Source of the DNA: an uncultured bacterium
GTDB lineage: Bacteria > Abyssobacteria > SURF-5
Assembly (NCBI GenBank): GCA_964607485.1
Contig: CAZSKP010000018.1
Span: forward strand, 1 to 64,000
Length of the DNA stretch: 64,000 bases
Reading direction: 5' to 3'
Below the pieces are notes generated by a model that was not told the DNA's origin, made no database searches, and was given only the letters and a program-made list of their open reading frames with translations. Numbering within the stretch: the first letter of the stretch is position 1; every line of letters starts with the position of its first letter. The position numbers and the translations under genes are program-made. Below, in pieces: positions 9,568 through 19,563 of the stretch.

Positions 9568-11160
9568 ATGACGCCGCCCGAAAAATCGCGCTTTGCCTGG
9601 ATTCCGCTTGCGGCGGCGCTGCTCGCGCTCGTGGTCTTTTCCAATTCACTTTTCAACGGCTTCGTCTGGGACGACAACGAGCTCATCGTCGATAACCCCG
9701 CCGTGCACAGTTTCTCCGACGCCGCCCGTTTCTTCTCCGGTCATTTCTGGTCGCAATCGGGCCAACCGAGCGCGCGCGGCTACTACCGACCCCTGGTGAT
9801 GCTGTCGTATGCGGTCGATTACAAGCTGTGGGGGCCGAACCCGCTCGGCTTTCACCTGACCAACATGCTGTGGCATGCGCTCGCCTCGGCGCTCGTGTGC
9901 ATGCTCGTCATGAGAGTGGTTCGCTCAAAGGCGGCGGCCCTGGCGGCGGGCGTCCTGTTTGCGGTCCATCCCGTTCACGTCGAGTCGGTGACATTCATCT
10001 CGGGACGGACCGACGTCATCGCGACAGCGTTCGTGCTGATGTCGGCCTATCTCTTTTTCGATGAGCGCAGTGGGCGGGCGATAACGTTCAGGCTGGCCGT
10101 GTCGGTCGTCCTGTTCGCGTTGGGCCTGCTTGCAAAAGAGGTGGCGGCGGTGTTGCCCGCGCTGCTTCTGCTCGGCGACGCCGCCGATGTGACGCGGCGG
10201 GGAAAGCGCGCGCCTGTTCTCACGCACGCTATGTACTGGGCGGTGCTCGGGCTGTACCTGCTCGCGAGATTCGGAGTGCTCGGCATCGCGCCCGAACTGC
10301 AGGGGCGACTCACGGCGGAGCAGGTCCTGCTCACGATGCCCACCGTTGTCGTGGACTATTTCCGGCTTCTCGTTATCCCGATTAACCTCTGTGCGGATTA
10401 CGTCGTCAGGCTGCAGCGGACGGCGACTCCGGCGAACGTAACGCTTGTCGTCTCGCTGCTTCTGGTGTGTGGAGCCGTCGTCTTTCTGATAGTAAAGAAA
10501 AGGGTGAGCGGATTTCTGGCCGCGTGGATACTGGTCGGCCTCCTTCCGGTGATGCAGATAATTCCCATCTCCGTCCTGGAGGCCGAAAGGTTTCTGTACC
10601 TGCCATCGGTCGGCTTCTGCGGCCTCGTCGGCTGGGCCTTCGCATGGGAGTCCGACAGGGCGGGCAGAATGGGAAGGAGACTTCTCGCCGCTGCGCTTGT
10701 GGTCATCGTGCTGGGATTCTCGCTGCGGACGCTTGCACGCAATCCGGTCTGGAAGGACGAATTTACGCTCTATCGAATCACGGAATCCTGCGCGCCCGAC
10801 AATTTCCGCGTGCAGTACAACCTTGGAAACGCGTATTTTCGCGCGGGCGACGTGGAGAACGCGCGTCGGCACACCGAGAAGGCTTTCCGGCTTCGGCCCA
10901 ACCTGCCCCAGACGAACTATAATTTGGGAGTCATCTACGCGGCGATGGGCAGGCTGGACGATGCCGAGACGATGTACCGCAGAGCGATAGAACTCGACCC
11001 CGGCTACGCAAGCGCACACAGCAATCTGGCGACCATCCTGTACTCCGACGGGCGGTACGAAGAGGCGCGCAGGGAATGGTCGAAGGCGCTGTCGCTCGAC
11101 CCGAGCCTCGAACAGGCACGGGAAGGGCTCCGCCTGTTGGAGCAGGGCAAGCCACACTGA
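9568..11160 (+). CDS. TMTC-like (GT-C fold) membrane protein with C-terminal TPR repeats
   Basis: FVWDD, YYRPL, FHLTN..H, FAVHPVHVESV, AKE, AERFLYLP; multiple TM helices; TPRs. Confidence 0.85.
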   Translation: MTPPEKSRFAWIPLAAALLALVVFSNSLFNGFVWDDNELIVDNPAVHSFSDAARFFSGHFWSQSGQPSARGYYRPLVMLSYAVDYKLWGPNPLGFHLTNMLWHALASALVCMLVMRVVRSKAAALAAGVLFAVHPVHVESVTFISGRTDVIATAFVLMSAYLFFDERSGRAITFRLAVSVVLFALGLLAKEVAAVLPALLLLGDAADVTRRGKRAPVLTHAMYWAVLGLYLLARFGVLGIAPELQGRLTAEQVLLTMPTVVVDYFRLLVIPINLCADYVVRLQRTATPANVTLVVSLLLVCGAVVFLIVKKRVSGFLAAWILVGLLPVMQIIPISVLEAERFLYLPSVGFCGLVGWAFAWESDRAGRMGRRLLAAALVVIVLGFSLRTLARNPVWKDEFTLYRITESCAPDNFRVQYNLGNAYFRAGDVENARRHTEKAFRLRPNLPQTNYNLGVIYAAMGRLDDAETMYRRAIELDPGYASAHSNLATILYSDGRYEEARREWSKALSLDPSLEQAREGLRLLEQGKPH

Positions 11161-11195
11161 GCGTCCCTGCGTTGAGCCTCGATTCAACCCGGCGC

Positions 11196-11224
11196 TTGCC
11201 GAAATTTTGCTATTGCAATATAAT
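11196..11224 (+). promoter_or_regulatory. Putative sigma70 promoter
   Basis: TTGCCG-N17-TATAAT upstream of the SEC-C gene. Confidence 0.55.
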
Positions 11225-11273
11225 AATTATTAAGAGTCGAGAAACGGAAGCGTGAAAACATGCGGAGAACGAA

Positions 11274-12014
11274 ATGACATCAGTCGGCCGTAACGATCCT
11301 TGTCCCTGTGGCAGCGGCAAGAAATACAAGAAGTGCTGCATGCCGAAAGACACCGCCGTCGACCTGGAGGCGTATCGCGCCAACAGAGCGGAGGAAAACC
11401 TGCGCGGAGAAATCCTCCGGTTCGCCACGGGCGGACGCTTCAAGGACGAAATCGTCGAAGCGTTTCGCAAGTATCACGGGGACAAGATAGACACGAGCCT
11501 GCTCCTGAATCAGGACCCTCTCGAAAACATCCGGTTCCTCGACTGGTTCGTCAACGAGCACGTGCATTCGACGGAGAACAAACGCATCATCGACCTCTTC
11601 GGCGAGCTTCGCTCAAAGCATCTCGACGAGGACCAGAAGAAGCTGCTCGAAGAATGGCGGGCCTCGCGCCTGGGCGCGTTCGAGGTGAAATCAACCGACG
11701 GCGGCGTCCTCGGATTGACCGATCTGTTCACGGAAGATTCCTGCTCTATCGAGGACCAGTCGGCCTGCGACGAGCTCGAGACGGGCATGATAGTGGTCGC
11801 CAGGCTTACAAGCTCATGGGGCAAGAAACACCTGGCGGGCGCGCCGATCACTCTGAAGGCGGACGTGAAGCAGAAACTCATCGAATCCGTTAACGCCGAG
11901 TTCGACAAGTATCGAGAAGACCACGCCGACGCTGACCTCTCCGAATTCCTCTCGAAAAACAGTCACCTGCTCAATTCGCTCGCGTCGGAGCTGGCCCAGA
12001 CAGTGGCGGATTAG
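11274..12014 (+). CDS. SEC-C motif domain protein
   Basis: N-terminal [25 protein letters not shown]. Confidence 0.9.
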   Translation: MTSVGRNDPCPCGSGKKYKKCCMPKDTAVDLEAYRANRAEENLRGEILRFATGGRFKDEIVEAFRKYHGDKIDTSLLLNQDPLENIRFLDWFVNEHVHSTENKRIIDLFGELRSKHLDEDQKKLLEEWRASRLGAFEVKSTDGGVLGLTDLFTEDSCSIEDQSACDELETGMIVVARLTSSWGKKHLAGAPITLKADVKQKLIESVNAEFDKYREDHADADLSEFLSKNSHLLNSLASELAQTVAD

Positions 12015-12045
12015 CGGCCTTTCAACCTTGTTCTTATTGACTACT

Positions 12046-12073
12046 GTAAGGGCGCACAGCCGTGCGCCCCTAC
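12046..12073. repeat. GTAG-type REP-like palindrome between convergent genes
   Basis: GTAAGGGCGCACAGCCGTGCGCCCCTAC; on the minus strand it reads GTAGGGGCGCAC...GTGCGCCCTTAC; same architecture as 63625-63660. Confidence 0.7.
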
Positions 12074-13305
12074 TTGCCTTTTTCCTTGGCGCCTGCCGGG
12101 CGACCTTCCTCGAGTACGTTCACACACTCCACGCACACGTTGAGCGTTGTGCGCAGGCAGGCCTCATCGATTCCTTCCGGCGTGTCTTCGAGGACATGCC
12201 AGTTCGCGGGGAATCCTCCTTCGTCGATGCCTATGATGGTCGCCGCTTTCAGGCCCGCGCGGGAAAAAGAGGTCGCGTCCGTTGCTCCGAAGCGGAGCAC
12301 GAAGCGCTCCATCGCCACGTCGCACCGTCTCGCAGCTTCCTCTATCAGCGAGACCACCTCGGGAGAATGCCTGCGGCGCACGGTCTTCTCCTTTTCAATG
12401 ACGGTCAGCTCGCCCGCGCCGACCATCTCCATGTCTATCAGATACGCATTGAAGAGTTCCGCACGGTGCCTCCTGGCGAATCTTTTCGAACCGCGAAGCC
12501 CGCATTCTTCGGACCCGAACGAGACGGCCCACACCTCTGTCCGCCGCGGCCTGTGTTCCGCAAAATGCCGCGCGGCCTCCACAGCCACCGCGACGCTTGC
12601 GAGGTTGTCGTTGGCGCCCATGACGGGAATGCTGCTGTAGATAATAAGCCGAAAAAATAAAAATAGGATTCCGCCAATGCAACTAAGCCCGAAAAGGAAC
12701 CACGATACGGGCATCATCCAGGCCAGGTAGTGGCCGAGCAGCTTTGCGCCGATAGCCACGCCCAGGGCGAAATGGGAGCCCATGATCGACGCAAAGAGGG
12801 GAACCAACAGTTTGCGGCGGCGTTTCGCGAACAAGGGCATGTAGTGCGACGAATCATGGTGGCCCGAGAATATTACTATCCTTTCCGACTTCTCCAAGGG
12901 TTTGACTTTGCCTATGACGTTTTGCAACCTCTCGCGCGGGAAAAGTCGGTCCACCATCTCATATCCCTTGACTCTGTTCAGGTAGAGAACAAGAAAAAGG
13001 ATACCCAGCAGAATCGCGGCCACTACGGGAGCCAAGAGATAGGCAACCAGACACAGTGCATAGCCCATCAGGAACACGGTGGTGCTTCCCTTGGCGGCCT
13101 GCGGGCTGCAGTAGTGTTCCTCGAAGGAGACCTCATCGCAGAATTCTTCGAGTCTGTTCGCGATGAAGTGCGCCGCCTTGGCCTCGGCCGCCGTGCCGGG
13201 AGGACGCGGGCCGAACCTGTCGCACATCTCGCGGACGAAATCGAGAATCGGCGTACCCGCAGCCGACTCCGACGCTGTCGTATCGTCTCCCCGCATAATA
13301 TTCAT
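12070..13305 (-). CDS. M28 family metallopeptidase with membrane-spanning insertions
   Basis: SGHHDS, GANDNLAS, SEECGLRGS, GATDA and WHVLEDT zinc-ligand motifs; two hydrophobic hairpins. Confidence 0.85.
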   Translation of the reverse strand: MNIMRGDDTTASESAAGTPILDFVREMCDRFGPRPPGTAAEAKAAHFIANRLEEFCDEVSFEEHYCSPQAAKGSTTVFLMGYALCLVAYLLAPVVAAILLGILFLVLYLNRVKGYEMVDRLFPRERLQNVIGKVKPLEKSERIVIFSGHHDSSHYMPLFAKRRRKLLVPLFASIMGSHFALGVAIGAKLLGHYLAWMMPVSWFLFGLSCIGGILFLFFRLIIYSSIPVMGANDNLASVAVAVEAARHFAEHRPRRTEVWAVSFGSEECGLRGSKRFARRHRAELFNAYLIDMEMVGAGELTVIEKEKTVRRRHSPEVVSLIEEAARRCDVAMERFVLRFGATDATSFSRAGLKAATIIGIDEGGFPANWHVLEDTPEGIDEACLRTTLNVCVECVNVLEEGRPAGAKEKGK

Positions 13306-13313
13306 GGCCTATA

Positions 13314-14366
13314 CTATTCCACGTAAATCGGGTTGGAGAAAATCCATGCGCGCGTCTTCCCGAATGCGCGCGGCAGCCTCACCTCGACGCGATACGGTCC
13401 CGGCTCGGAGACGCGCAGAGACGCCTCCTTTGCCGTTTCCGATTTTACCACGCGGCCCTTGTGGATGAACCTGATGAGCCCCCGCGCCGGCGCGCTCGCC
13501 ACCAGCGTGGGCGCATCGCTCAGGAGCACGCGCTCGCCCATGACCGCCGTCCCGTTGCGCCCCTCGGCCTCAAACCTGAATCCGCGCGGGTCGGCGAACA
13601 GTCCGCACGCCACGAAGCAGCGTCCCTCCTGCAGCGCGTCGTACACGGCCCGCTTCGCGGCGTCAAAGTCGGCGGGCATCTCATCGCGCAGCAACACATG
13701 AGTGTTCACCGCCCGGAAGGCGTATTCGTAATCGAACAGCCTGCCGCTCATCAGCCCGAACAGGACCCGTATCCTGACCCCGTGGTTGTCCGACCCGCCG
13801 ATTGCCACGACCTTTCGAGTCCGGGTCAGCTCGTCCCATTTGGCGAGCGTGTCGCCGAGCGGGTCGAGGTCGGCCGCCCGAATATTATAATAGTAATAGA
13901 GGCCCGAGAGGAAGCTCCGCGCGTTCCCCTTCCAGATGGAAGAGAAATTCCATATGCTCATTCCGGTGTAGCCATTGACGTCCCATCGGTTCCACGTGAA
14001 GGCGTGGCCGCCGTCGTGGAGCGGGCTTCCGGCCTCGAACGGATGTGCGATGAACCCGAACCCTCCCTGCTTTTTCGTGGCGTCGATCACGTTTTGCGGA
14101 TTCGCTGTGTCGGAGGGAATCTCCTCGGTGATGTTATACGCCAGAAAATGGTTGTGCCTCTCGTTCAGCTCGCATCCGATCAGCACGGCGATGCCGTCGT
14201 GCCAGCCCTCCTTGCCCTCCCGCAATCCTTTGAGGTTGAAATGGTCGTTGATTCCGACGAAGTCAAGCCCGGCGCGGCGCGCGGCGGCGGCGATCTCCTC
14301 GATGGTCGCCTTGCCGTCGGAATATCTCGAGTGCACGTGCAGGTTGCCCGCGTATTCTCTGTACAT
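13314..14366 (-). CDS. PHP-domain metallohydrolase (CehA/McbA-like)
   Basis: NLHVHSRYSDG, INDH, IAHP, GGSDNH. Confidence 0.85.
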   Translation of the reverse strand: MYREYAGNLHVHSRYSDGKATIEEIAAAARRAGLDFVGINDHFNLKGLREGKEGWHDGIAVLIGCELNERHNHFLAYNITEEIPSDTANPQNVIDATKKQGGFGFIAHPFEAGSPLHDGGHAFTWNRWDVNGYTGMSIWNFSSIWKGNARSFLSGLYYYYNIRAADLDPLGDTLAKWDELTRTRKVVAIGGSDNHGVRIRVLFGLMSGRLFDYEYAFRAVNTHVLLRDEMPADFDAAKRAVYDALQEGRCFVACGLFADPRGFRFEAEGRNGTAVMGERVLLSDAPTLVASAPARGLIRFIHKGRVVKSETAKEASLRVSEPGPYRVEVRLPRAFGKTRAWIFSNPIYVE

Positions 14367-14389
14367 TCCAGCTCCGTCGCTTAGGCCGG

Positions 14390-15817
14390 TCAGGTTATCA
14401 CCGTTGCCTTCGCCATCTTAACATGCCAGATGAAATCGGAGAGGCTCCTTATCGAACGGAACCTTCGCAGGATATAGCTTGGACGCAGATAGAAGCCCAG
14501 GTACGCCGACCTGAGCGTCGAGGTCAGATACTCGCGTGTGACGTCGTCGTGCTCGAACATCGGCACCGGCTCTGTGAGGCCGCCCTCGCTCCTGACGAAC
14601 TCTTTCCAGTAGTCGAAGCCTATCGCCCCCCGGCTCCGGGCGTCGTCGTACAAGTCCGTCCCCGGATAGGGAACAACGACGGAATAGTACGCAAAATCCG
14701 GATTCAGCCTGAGCGACAGGGCCACGGTTTCCTCGATGGACGTGCGCGTTTCGCCCGGCGCTCCGAGCATGAAATATGCGAGCACCTTGATGCCGGCTGC
14801 CCGGGTCCACTCGAAGGCCTGCTCCACCTGCTCGACGGTTATCTTCTTGTTGAAAGAATCGAGCACGTCCGCGGCGGCCGACTCGACCCCAAAGGATATG
14901 CGCGAGCATCCGGCGCGCGCCATCAGCTTCAGCAGGCCGGGGTCCACGCAATCGACCCGCGTCCGGCAGTCCCACCGAAGCTTGAGCCCCCGGTCGAGTA
15001 TCTTTTCGCAGATGTCGGCCGCGCGGCTCTTGCTCGCAGTGAATGTATCGTCGTAGATGACGACCTCGGTGCAGCCGTATTTCTTGACAAGTTCCTCCAG
15101 CTCCGACACGACGCTCTCCGCGCCGCGCGGGCGGTAGTGGCCGCCTCGGATGTAGCGTTCGCAAAACGAGCATCGATACGGACAGCCCCGCGCGGTCATT
15201 ATCGAGGAGACACGCCGCCCCTCGGTCGTCATGTCGAAGTACCTGTCGTTGGGAAGGATTTCGCGCGCGGGAAACGGAATCTCATCGATCGGCGCTATTT
15301 CGGCCGGACCGTCGCGCACGACGCTGTCCCCGTCGCGGAACAGTACGCCCTTAATGCCCTCGGGCCTCTCGCCTCCGGCAATCGCATCGAGCAGCCGGGG
15401 CATTGCTGTTTCGGCCTCGCCCTCGACGGCAAAGTCGAAGGCCGGGTTCTCCATCGTCAACTCGGGCATGATGGTCACCTGCGGGCCGCCCACAATTATG
15501 TGAGGAGGAGGTGAGGAAGTTTTCAGCGACCGACATAACCGGGCCACGACGGGAAACAGCGGGGTCACACAGGTGACGCCGACAACCTCGGGCGAAAGGG
15601 CGCGCACCCTGCTGATAATCTCGTCGGGACTGATGCGGAGGGCGTTGGCGTCTATCAGTTCGACGTCGTGCGAGGCGCGCTTGAGGACTGCCGCGATGTA
15701 AGCGAGCCCCAGCGGCGGAAGCACCCGAACCCGTCTGACGAACGATCGCGCGCCAAAACCCACTCCGCCTTCCTCGCCCGCGATCATTTCCGGCGGATTG
15801 ATGAGGACAATCTTCAT
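14390..15817 (-). CDS. Cobalamin-binding radical SAM protein
   Basis: PPLGLAYIAA B12-binding N-terminus; RGCPYRCSFC (CxxxCxxC); FGVES; PYPGT; ATGA overlap with the upstream gene. Confidence 0.9.
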   Translation of the reverse strand: MKIVLINPPEMIAGEEGGVGFGARSFVRRVRVLPPLGLAYIAAVLKRASHDVELIDANALRISPDEIISRVRALSPEVVGVTCVTPLFPVVARLCRSLKTSSPPPHIIVGGPQVTIMPELTMENPAFDFAVEGEAETAMPRLLDAIAGGERPEGIKGVLFRDGDSVVRDGPAEIAPIDEIPFPAREILPNDRYFDMTTEGRRVSSIMTARGCPYRCSFCERYIRGGHYRPRGAESVVSELEELVKKYGCTEVVIYDDTFTASKSRAADICEKILDRGLKLRWDCRTRVDCVDPGLLKLMARAGCSRISFGVESAAADVLDSFNKKITVEQVEQAFEWTRAAGIKVLAYFMLGAPGETRTSIEETVALSLRLNPDFAYYSVVVPYPGTDLYDDARSRGAIGFDYWKEFVRSEGGLTEPVPMFEHDDVTREYLTSTLRSAYLGFYLRPSYILRRFRSIRSLSDFIWHVKMAKATVIT

Positions 15818-16626
15818 TTGCCGCGGCCCCCGGATTCGTCGCCGCCCGGCCGAGGGCGCACCGGAAGAACGAACGGCCGGCCGCTTTGAGGATTCTTTTG
15901 GACCATCACGTCGGCCCCGTACACGTCCCGAACGGTCTCGGCGGTGATGGCCTTTTCCGGAGGACCGTCGAACATCAGCCGTCCCTCTTTGAACACGAGC
16001 ACCCTCTCGCAATAGTTCGACGCCAGGTTCAAGTCGTGTGAGACGGCGATAATCGTCATCCCGCGCTCCCGGTTCAGTCGCGTGAGGATGTCGTAGATGT
16101 CCACCTGATGCTTTATGTCGAGGAAGGCCGTCGGCTCATCCAGCAGCAGAATGCTCGGCCTCTGCGCGAGCGCCCTGGCGATCACCACGCTCTGTCTCTC
16201 GCCGCCGCTCAGCTTCGTTATCGGCCTGTCCGACAGATGCGCGACGCCCGTCATCTCCATCGATTCCTTGGCAATATCGAAATCCTCGTCGCGCTCGAGT
16301 ATGGAGGTGAGGTGAGGGGCGCGCCCCATGAGCACAACCTCGGAGACGGTGAACGGAAATATCATGCTCGACTCCTGGGGCACCACCGCGATTTTCCGGG
16401 CAAGGGCGCGCACGGAAAGCGACCTTACCTCGTCGCCTTCCACGAGTATTCGGCCGCTCGACGGTTTCAGTACGCGCGTCAGCAGATTCAAGAACGTCGT
16501 CTTGCCCGACCCGTTGGGTCCGACAAGTCCCACAAATTCTCCCCTGCCGACGGCAACGCTCAACCCATCAAAGAGCGGCTCGGCCGTGTAGCCGAAGACA
16601 ATTTCCCTCGTCTCGATGCTCACCAT
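15814..16626 (-). CDS. Iron-siderophore/cobalamin ABC transporter ATP-binding subunit (FepC/BtuD-like)
   Basis: GPNGSGKT, LSGGERQ, LLLDEPT, SHDLNLA. Confidence 0.9.
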   Translation of the reverse strand: MVSIETREIVFGYTAEPLFDGLSVAVGRGEFVGLVGPNGSGKTTFLNLLTRVLKPSSGRILVEGDEVRSLSVRALARKIAVVPQESSMIFPFTVSEVVLMGRAPHLTSILERDEDFDIAKESMEMTGVAHLSDRPITKLSGGERQSVVIARALAQRPSILLLDEPTAFLDIKHQVDIYDILTRLNRERGMTIIAVSHDLNLASNYCERVLVFKEGRLMFDGPPEKAITAETVRDVYGADVMVQKNPQSGRPFVLPVRPRPGGDESGGRGK

Positions 16627-16645
16627 TGACCTGCAAAAGTGGACG

Positions 16646-17551
16646 TCATCCGCGCGGATGGCAGCGAAGATGAGTCTCTTTGAGCCGCTCGCCCGTCACA
16701 TGCGTGTAAATCTGCGTGGTGGCGATGTCGGCATGACCCAGCATCTCCTGGATCGACCTCAGGTTCGCGCCTCCCGAGAGCAGATGAGTGGCGAAAGAAT
16801 GCCTCAACGTGTGCGGCGTGACTCTCTTTCCTATTCCCGCACTCCTGATGTGACCGCGTATCATCTTCCAACAACCCTGCCGTGCGAACGGCCTGCCGAG
16901 ACGCGTCACGAAAAGGGCCTGCGGGTGGGGTTCGGGCAGACCGGCAAGGTATTTTGACAGCTTGCTGATGGCCACCTCGCCGATGGGTATCAATCGTTCT
17001 TTCCCGCCCTTGCCCCGACACTTGACGAATCCGATGTCCAGAAGCAGGTCCTCCCGCCTCAGCCCGATTAGCTCCGAAATCCTCAGGCCCGCCGAATACA
17101 TCACCTCGAGCATCGCCGCGTCCCTCGCGCCTTTGGGGTCGTCGGGGTCGGGCTGGGCGAGCAGCTTCTCCACCTCGCTTCGCGTCATGGCCTCCGGCAG
17201 AGTCTTGAATAGCTTGAACTTGTCGAGGTTCGAGGTGCAATCGGTCTTCAGGAGGTTCTCGCGGCGGAGGTATCGGTGAAACTGCTTTATGGCGGCGAGG
17301 TGTCGCGCAAGCGACCGTGACGACATCCCCCGGGGCTCGCGGGCCTTCATGTTGAACAGATGATCCTGGACGTCGGCCCGGGTTATCTTCGAGATATCGA
17401 CGCCGAGGTCGTCCTCGACGAATGCGCGGTACTGCTCGAGGTCGTAGCCGTAGGAGAGAATTGTATTGTCCGACAGCCCCTTCTCGACGTTGAGCCAGTC
17501 GAGAAATTGGCTGATTAATTGCTGTAATCTACTTTCTCCGGCGTGGTCCAC
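16646..17551 (-). CDS. xerD: Tyrosine recombinase XerD
   Basis: EKGLSDNT..SY..DL, RDAAMLE..GLRISEL, GKGGKER, TPHTLRHSFATHLL, LGHADIATTQIYTHV; GTG start after GAGGGG. Confidence 0.9.
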   Translation of the reverse strand: MDHAGESRLQQLISQFLDWLNVEKGLSDNTILSYGYDLEQYRAFVEDDLGVDISKITRADVQDHLFNMKAREPRGMSSRSLARHLAAIKQFHRYLRRENLLKTDCTSNLDKFKLFKTLPEAMTRSEVEKLLAQPDPDDPKGARDAAMLEVMYSAGLRISELIGLRREDLLLDIGFVKCRGKGGKERLIPIGEVAISKLSKYLAGLPEPHPQALFVTRLGRPFARQGCWKMIRGHIRSAGIGKRVTPHTLRHSFATHLLSGGANLRSIQEMLGHADIATTQIYTHVTGERLKETHLRCHPRG

Positions 17552-17564
17552 TTCTCCCCTCAAG

Positions 17565-17592
17565 AAAACGCCCGGACCGAAACCGTCCGGGC
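17565..17592 (-). terminator. Possible intrinsic terminator after recR
   Basis: GCCCGGAC-7nt-GTCCGGGC hairpin followed by a short T tract on the minus strand. Confidence 0.45.
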
Positions 17593-17622
17593 ATCACGTT
17601 CAGCCGCCGCTCAAGGGCTCGT

Positions 17623-18222
17623 TCACATCTCCCTCCGCCCCTCGAGCGCGTGGGTGAGCGTGGACTCGTCGGCAAACTCGAGATCGCTTCCCACGGGCAC
17701 TCCCTGGGCTATCCTCGTGACTCTCACCCCCAGCGGCCTCACTACCTCGCGAATGTACATCGCCGTGGCCTCGCCGCTGGTGTTGGGATTCGTCGCGACT
17801 ATCACCTCGGTGACGGATTTGTCCGCCAGCCGCGCGAGCAATTCCTTGATTCGTATTTCGTCCGGCCCCACGCCGTCCAGGGGAGAAATCGACCCGTGCA
17901 GTATGTGATACAGTCCCCGGTATTTTCCGCCCTTTTCTATCGAGCTTGCGTCGCTGGGCTTCTCGACGACGCAGATGACGGACCGGTCGCGCCGCGTGTC
18001 GGAACAGAATGCGCAGGGGTCGGTCTCGGTGATGTTGCAGCAGACGGAGCAGAGGCGCACCCTCTGTTTCGCGTCGATGATCGCCTGCGCGAGGCGGACT
18101 GCGTCGTCTTCGGGAAGATTGAGGATGTGAAACGCCAGCCGCTGCGCGCTCTTCGGGCCGATGCCCGGCAGGCGGCGAAATTCCTCCACCAGCCTCGTGA
18201 TCGCGCCACCCTCAGCGTGCAT
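17623..18222 (-). CDS. recR: Recombination mediator RecR
   Basis: [13 protein letters not shown]hH, C4 zinc finger, [19 protein letters not shown]. Confidence 0.95.
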   Translation of the reverse strand: MHAEGGAITRLVEEFRRLPGIGPKSAQRLAFHILNLPEDDAVRLAQAIIDAKQRVRLCSVCCNITETDPCAFCSDTRRDRSVICVVEKPSDASSIEKGGKYRGLYHILHGSISPLDGVGPDEIRIKELLARLADKSVTEVIVATNPNTSGEATAMYIREVVRPLGVRVTRIAQGVPVGSDLEFADESTLTHALEGRREM

Positions 18223-18739
18223 CTTCCCCGCTCTTTCCCTCGGACGTTTCCGCGAGCTCGCGAAGCTGCGGCGTCAGAAGCTGTCGGCGTGTCTCTCCCA
18301 ATCTGTCGATGAAAAGCACGCCGTTCAGATGGTCGATCTCATGCTGAATCGCCCTGGCGAGCATGCCCTCCGCCTCAAGGGTCTGCTCCTCGCCGTTCCG
18401 GTCCACGTAGGAAACCTGCACGCGCTCGGCGCGTTTCACTTCGCCGAAGATATCGGGAAGGCTGAGGCAACCCTCCTCGTTTTCGACCTCGCCCTCGCGC
18501 TTTGTCACTCGCGGGTTAATCATCACGTAAACGGGCTGACCGTCCTGGCGCAGGTCGAGCACCAGAATGCGTCTCGACACGCCGACCTGCGGCCCGGCCA
18601 ACCCGATTCCATTATTTTCGTACATCACGGTGAACATCTCGTCGGCCGTTTTTATCAGGTCGTCATCCAGATTCTTGACGGCAGCCGCCTGCTTGCGAAG
18701 TATCGGGGCGGGATATGTCACAAGACGAAGCATAGGCAT
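18212..18739 (-). CDS. def: Peptide deformylase
   Basis: [20 protein letters not shown]. Confidence 0.95.
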   Translation of the reverse strand: MPMLRLVTYPAPILRKQAAAVKNLDDDLIKTADEMFTVMYENNGIGLAGPQVGVSRRILVLDLRQDGQPVYVMINPRVTKREGEVENEEGCLSLPDIFGEVKRAERVQVSYVDRNGEEQTLEAEGMLARAIQHEIDHLNGVLFIDRLGETRRQLLTPQLRELAETSEGKSGEDAR

Positions 18740-18838
18740 CTCTTCTCCGGTGTAATTCTTTCTCGTACCTTATTTTAGCATACGCCTCCGGTGAATGCAA
18801 CAGGTTGGCGATTGCGGGTATTCAGTGCCGCGTTCCAT

Positions 18839-18867
18839 TTGACCCTTTCGCGCAGGCGTGCTAGAAT
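18839..18867 (+). promoter_or_regulatory. Putative sigma70 promoter
   Basis: TTGACC-N17-TAGAAT with an extended -10 TG. Confidence 0.55.
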
Positions 18868-18944
18868 ATGCGCGCAAGCCGGTGGAAAGACCATTGGAAC
18901 GACCGGGAGACCCGGCCTGCGGCCCCTGAAGTGAGGAGAAATGT

Positions 18945-19364
18945 TTGATGAAACGACTCGGAATAGCGCTGTTTATAGCGGCCTTGGTGACGAGCCATCT
19001 TGTCGCAGGATGCGCCACGTCGGATGAAAAAGAAGACCTTCCCGCCAGAAGAGTGAAGACGGTCACCTTTCCGGTGCGCCCGCTGGAGTTCAAAGATCTA
19101 AGCTGCAGACAGGAAAAGGAGCAGCTCAATCTCTCGGGTTCGCTGAAAAATATTTCTTTCTCGCCTGTCTCCAACGTCCGGGTGCGCGCAGAGGTAGTCT
19201 TCGCCGGCGATCTCCTCGGCCAACCGATAACTGTTCCGGTGAGCCCGTCCCTGCTCCAGCCGGGAGAGTCGGGCACCTTCTCGCTGGTCGGAACTGTCAC
19301 CCACCCTATCAGCCACATCGAGCTTCACGCGCAATGGGAAGAGTTCTACCCTCCGGGATTATAG
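18945..19364 (+). CDS. Putative lipoprotein with Ig-like (FxLYD-type) domain
   Basis: Lipobox VAGC; GSLKN...LQPGESGTF pattern; RBS GAGGAG. Confidence 0.75.
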   Translation: MMKRLGIALFIAALVTSHLVAGCATSDEKEDLPARRVKTVTFPVRPLEFKDLSCRQEKEQLNLSGSLKNISFSPVSNVRVRAEVVFAGDLLGQPITVPVSPSLLQPGESGTFSLVGTVTHPISHIELHAQWEEFYPPGL

Positions 19365-19450
19365 CGCAATACCGAAGAATTTCCCCCCAACTCAGGCCAT
19401 AGTGATTTGCCACGCTGTTTCCGGAGTACGATGCCGGGTTCCTCCAGTCT

Positions 19451-19479
19451 TTGACATTTTGTCGGAGACGGTTTAAAAT
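19451..19479 (+). promoter_or_regulatory. Putative sigma70 promoter of the DUF362 operon
   Basis: TTGACA-N17-TAAAAT. Confidence 0.65.
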
Positions 19480-19563
19480 ATGTAGGAGAAAATCTCCGAG
19501 TCAAACACCGAATCTGAGGAGTTGTTCCTGCATAAGCATCACCTGCGTGGATTTGCCTCCCCG

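Noticed and set aside
16646-17551. Tyrosine recombinase as a possible phage or island integrase
   Set aside because: Its size and motifs fit housekeeping XerD, the neighbours are recR and def, and no att sites or cargo are visible.
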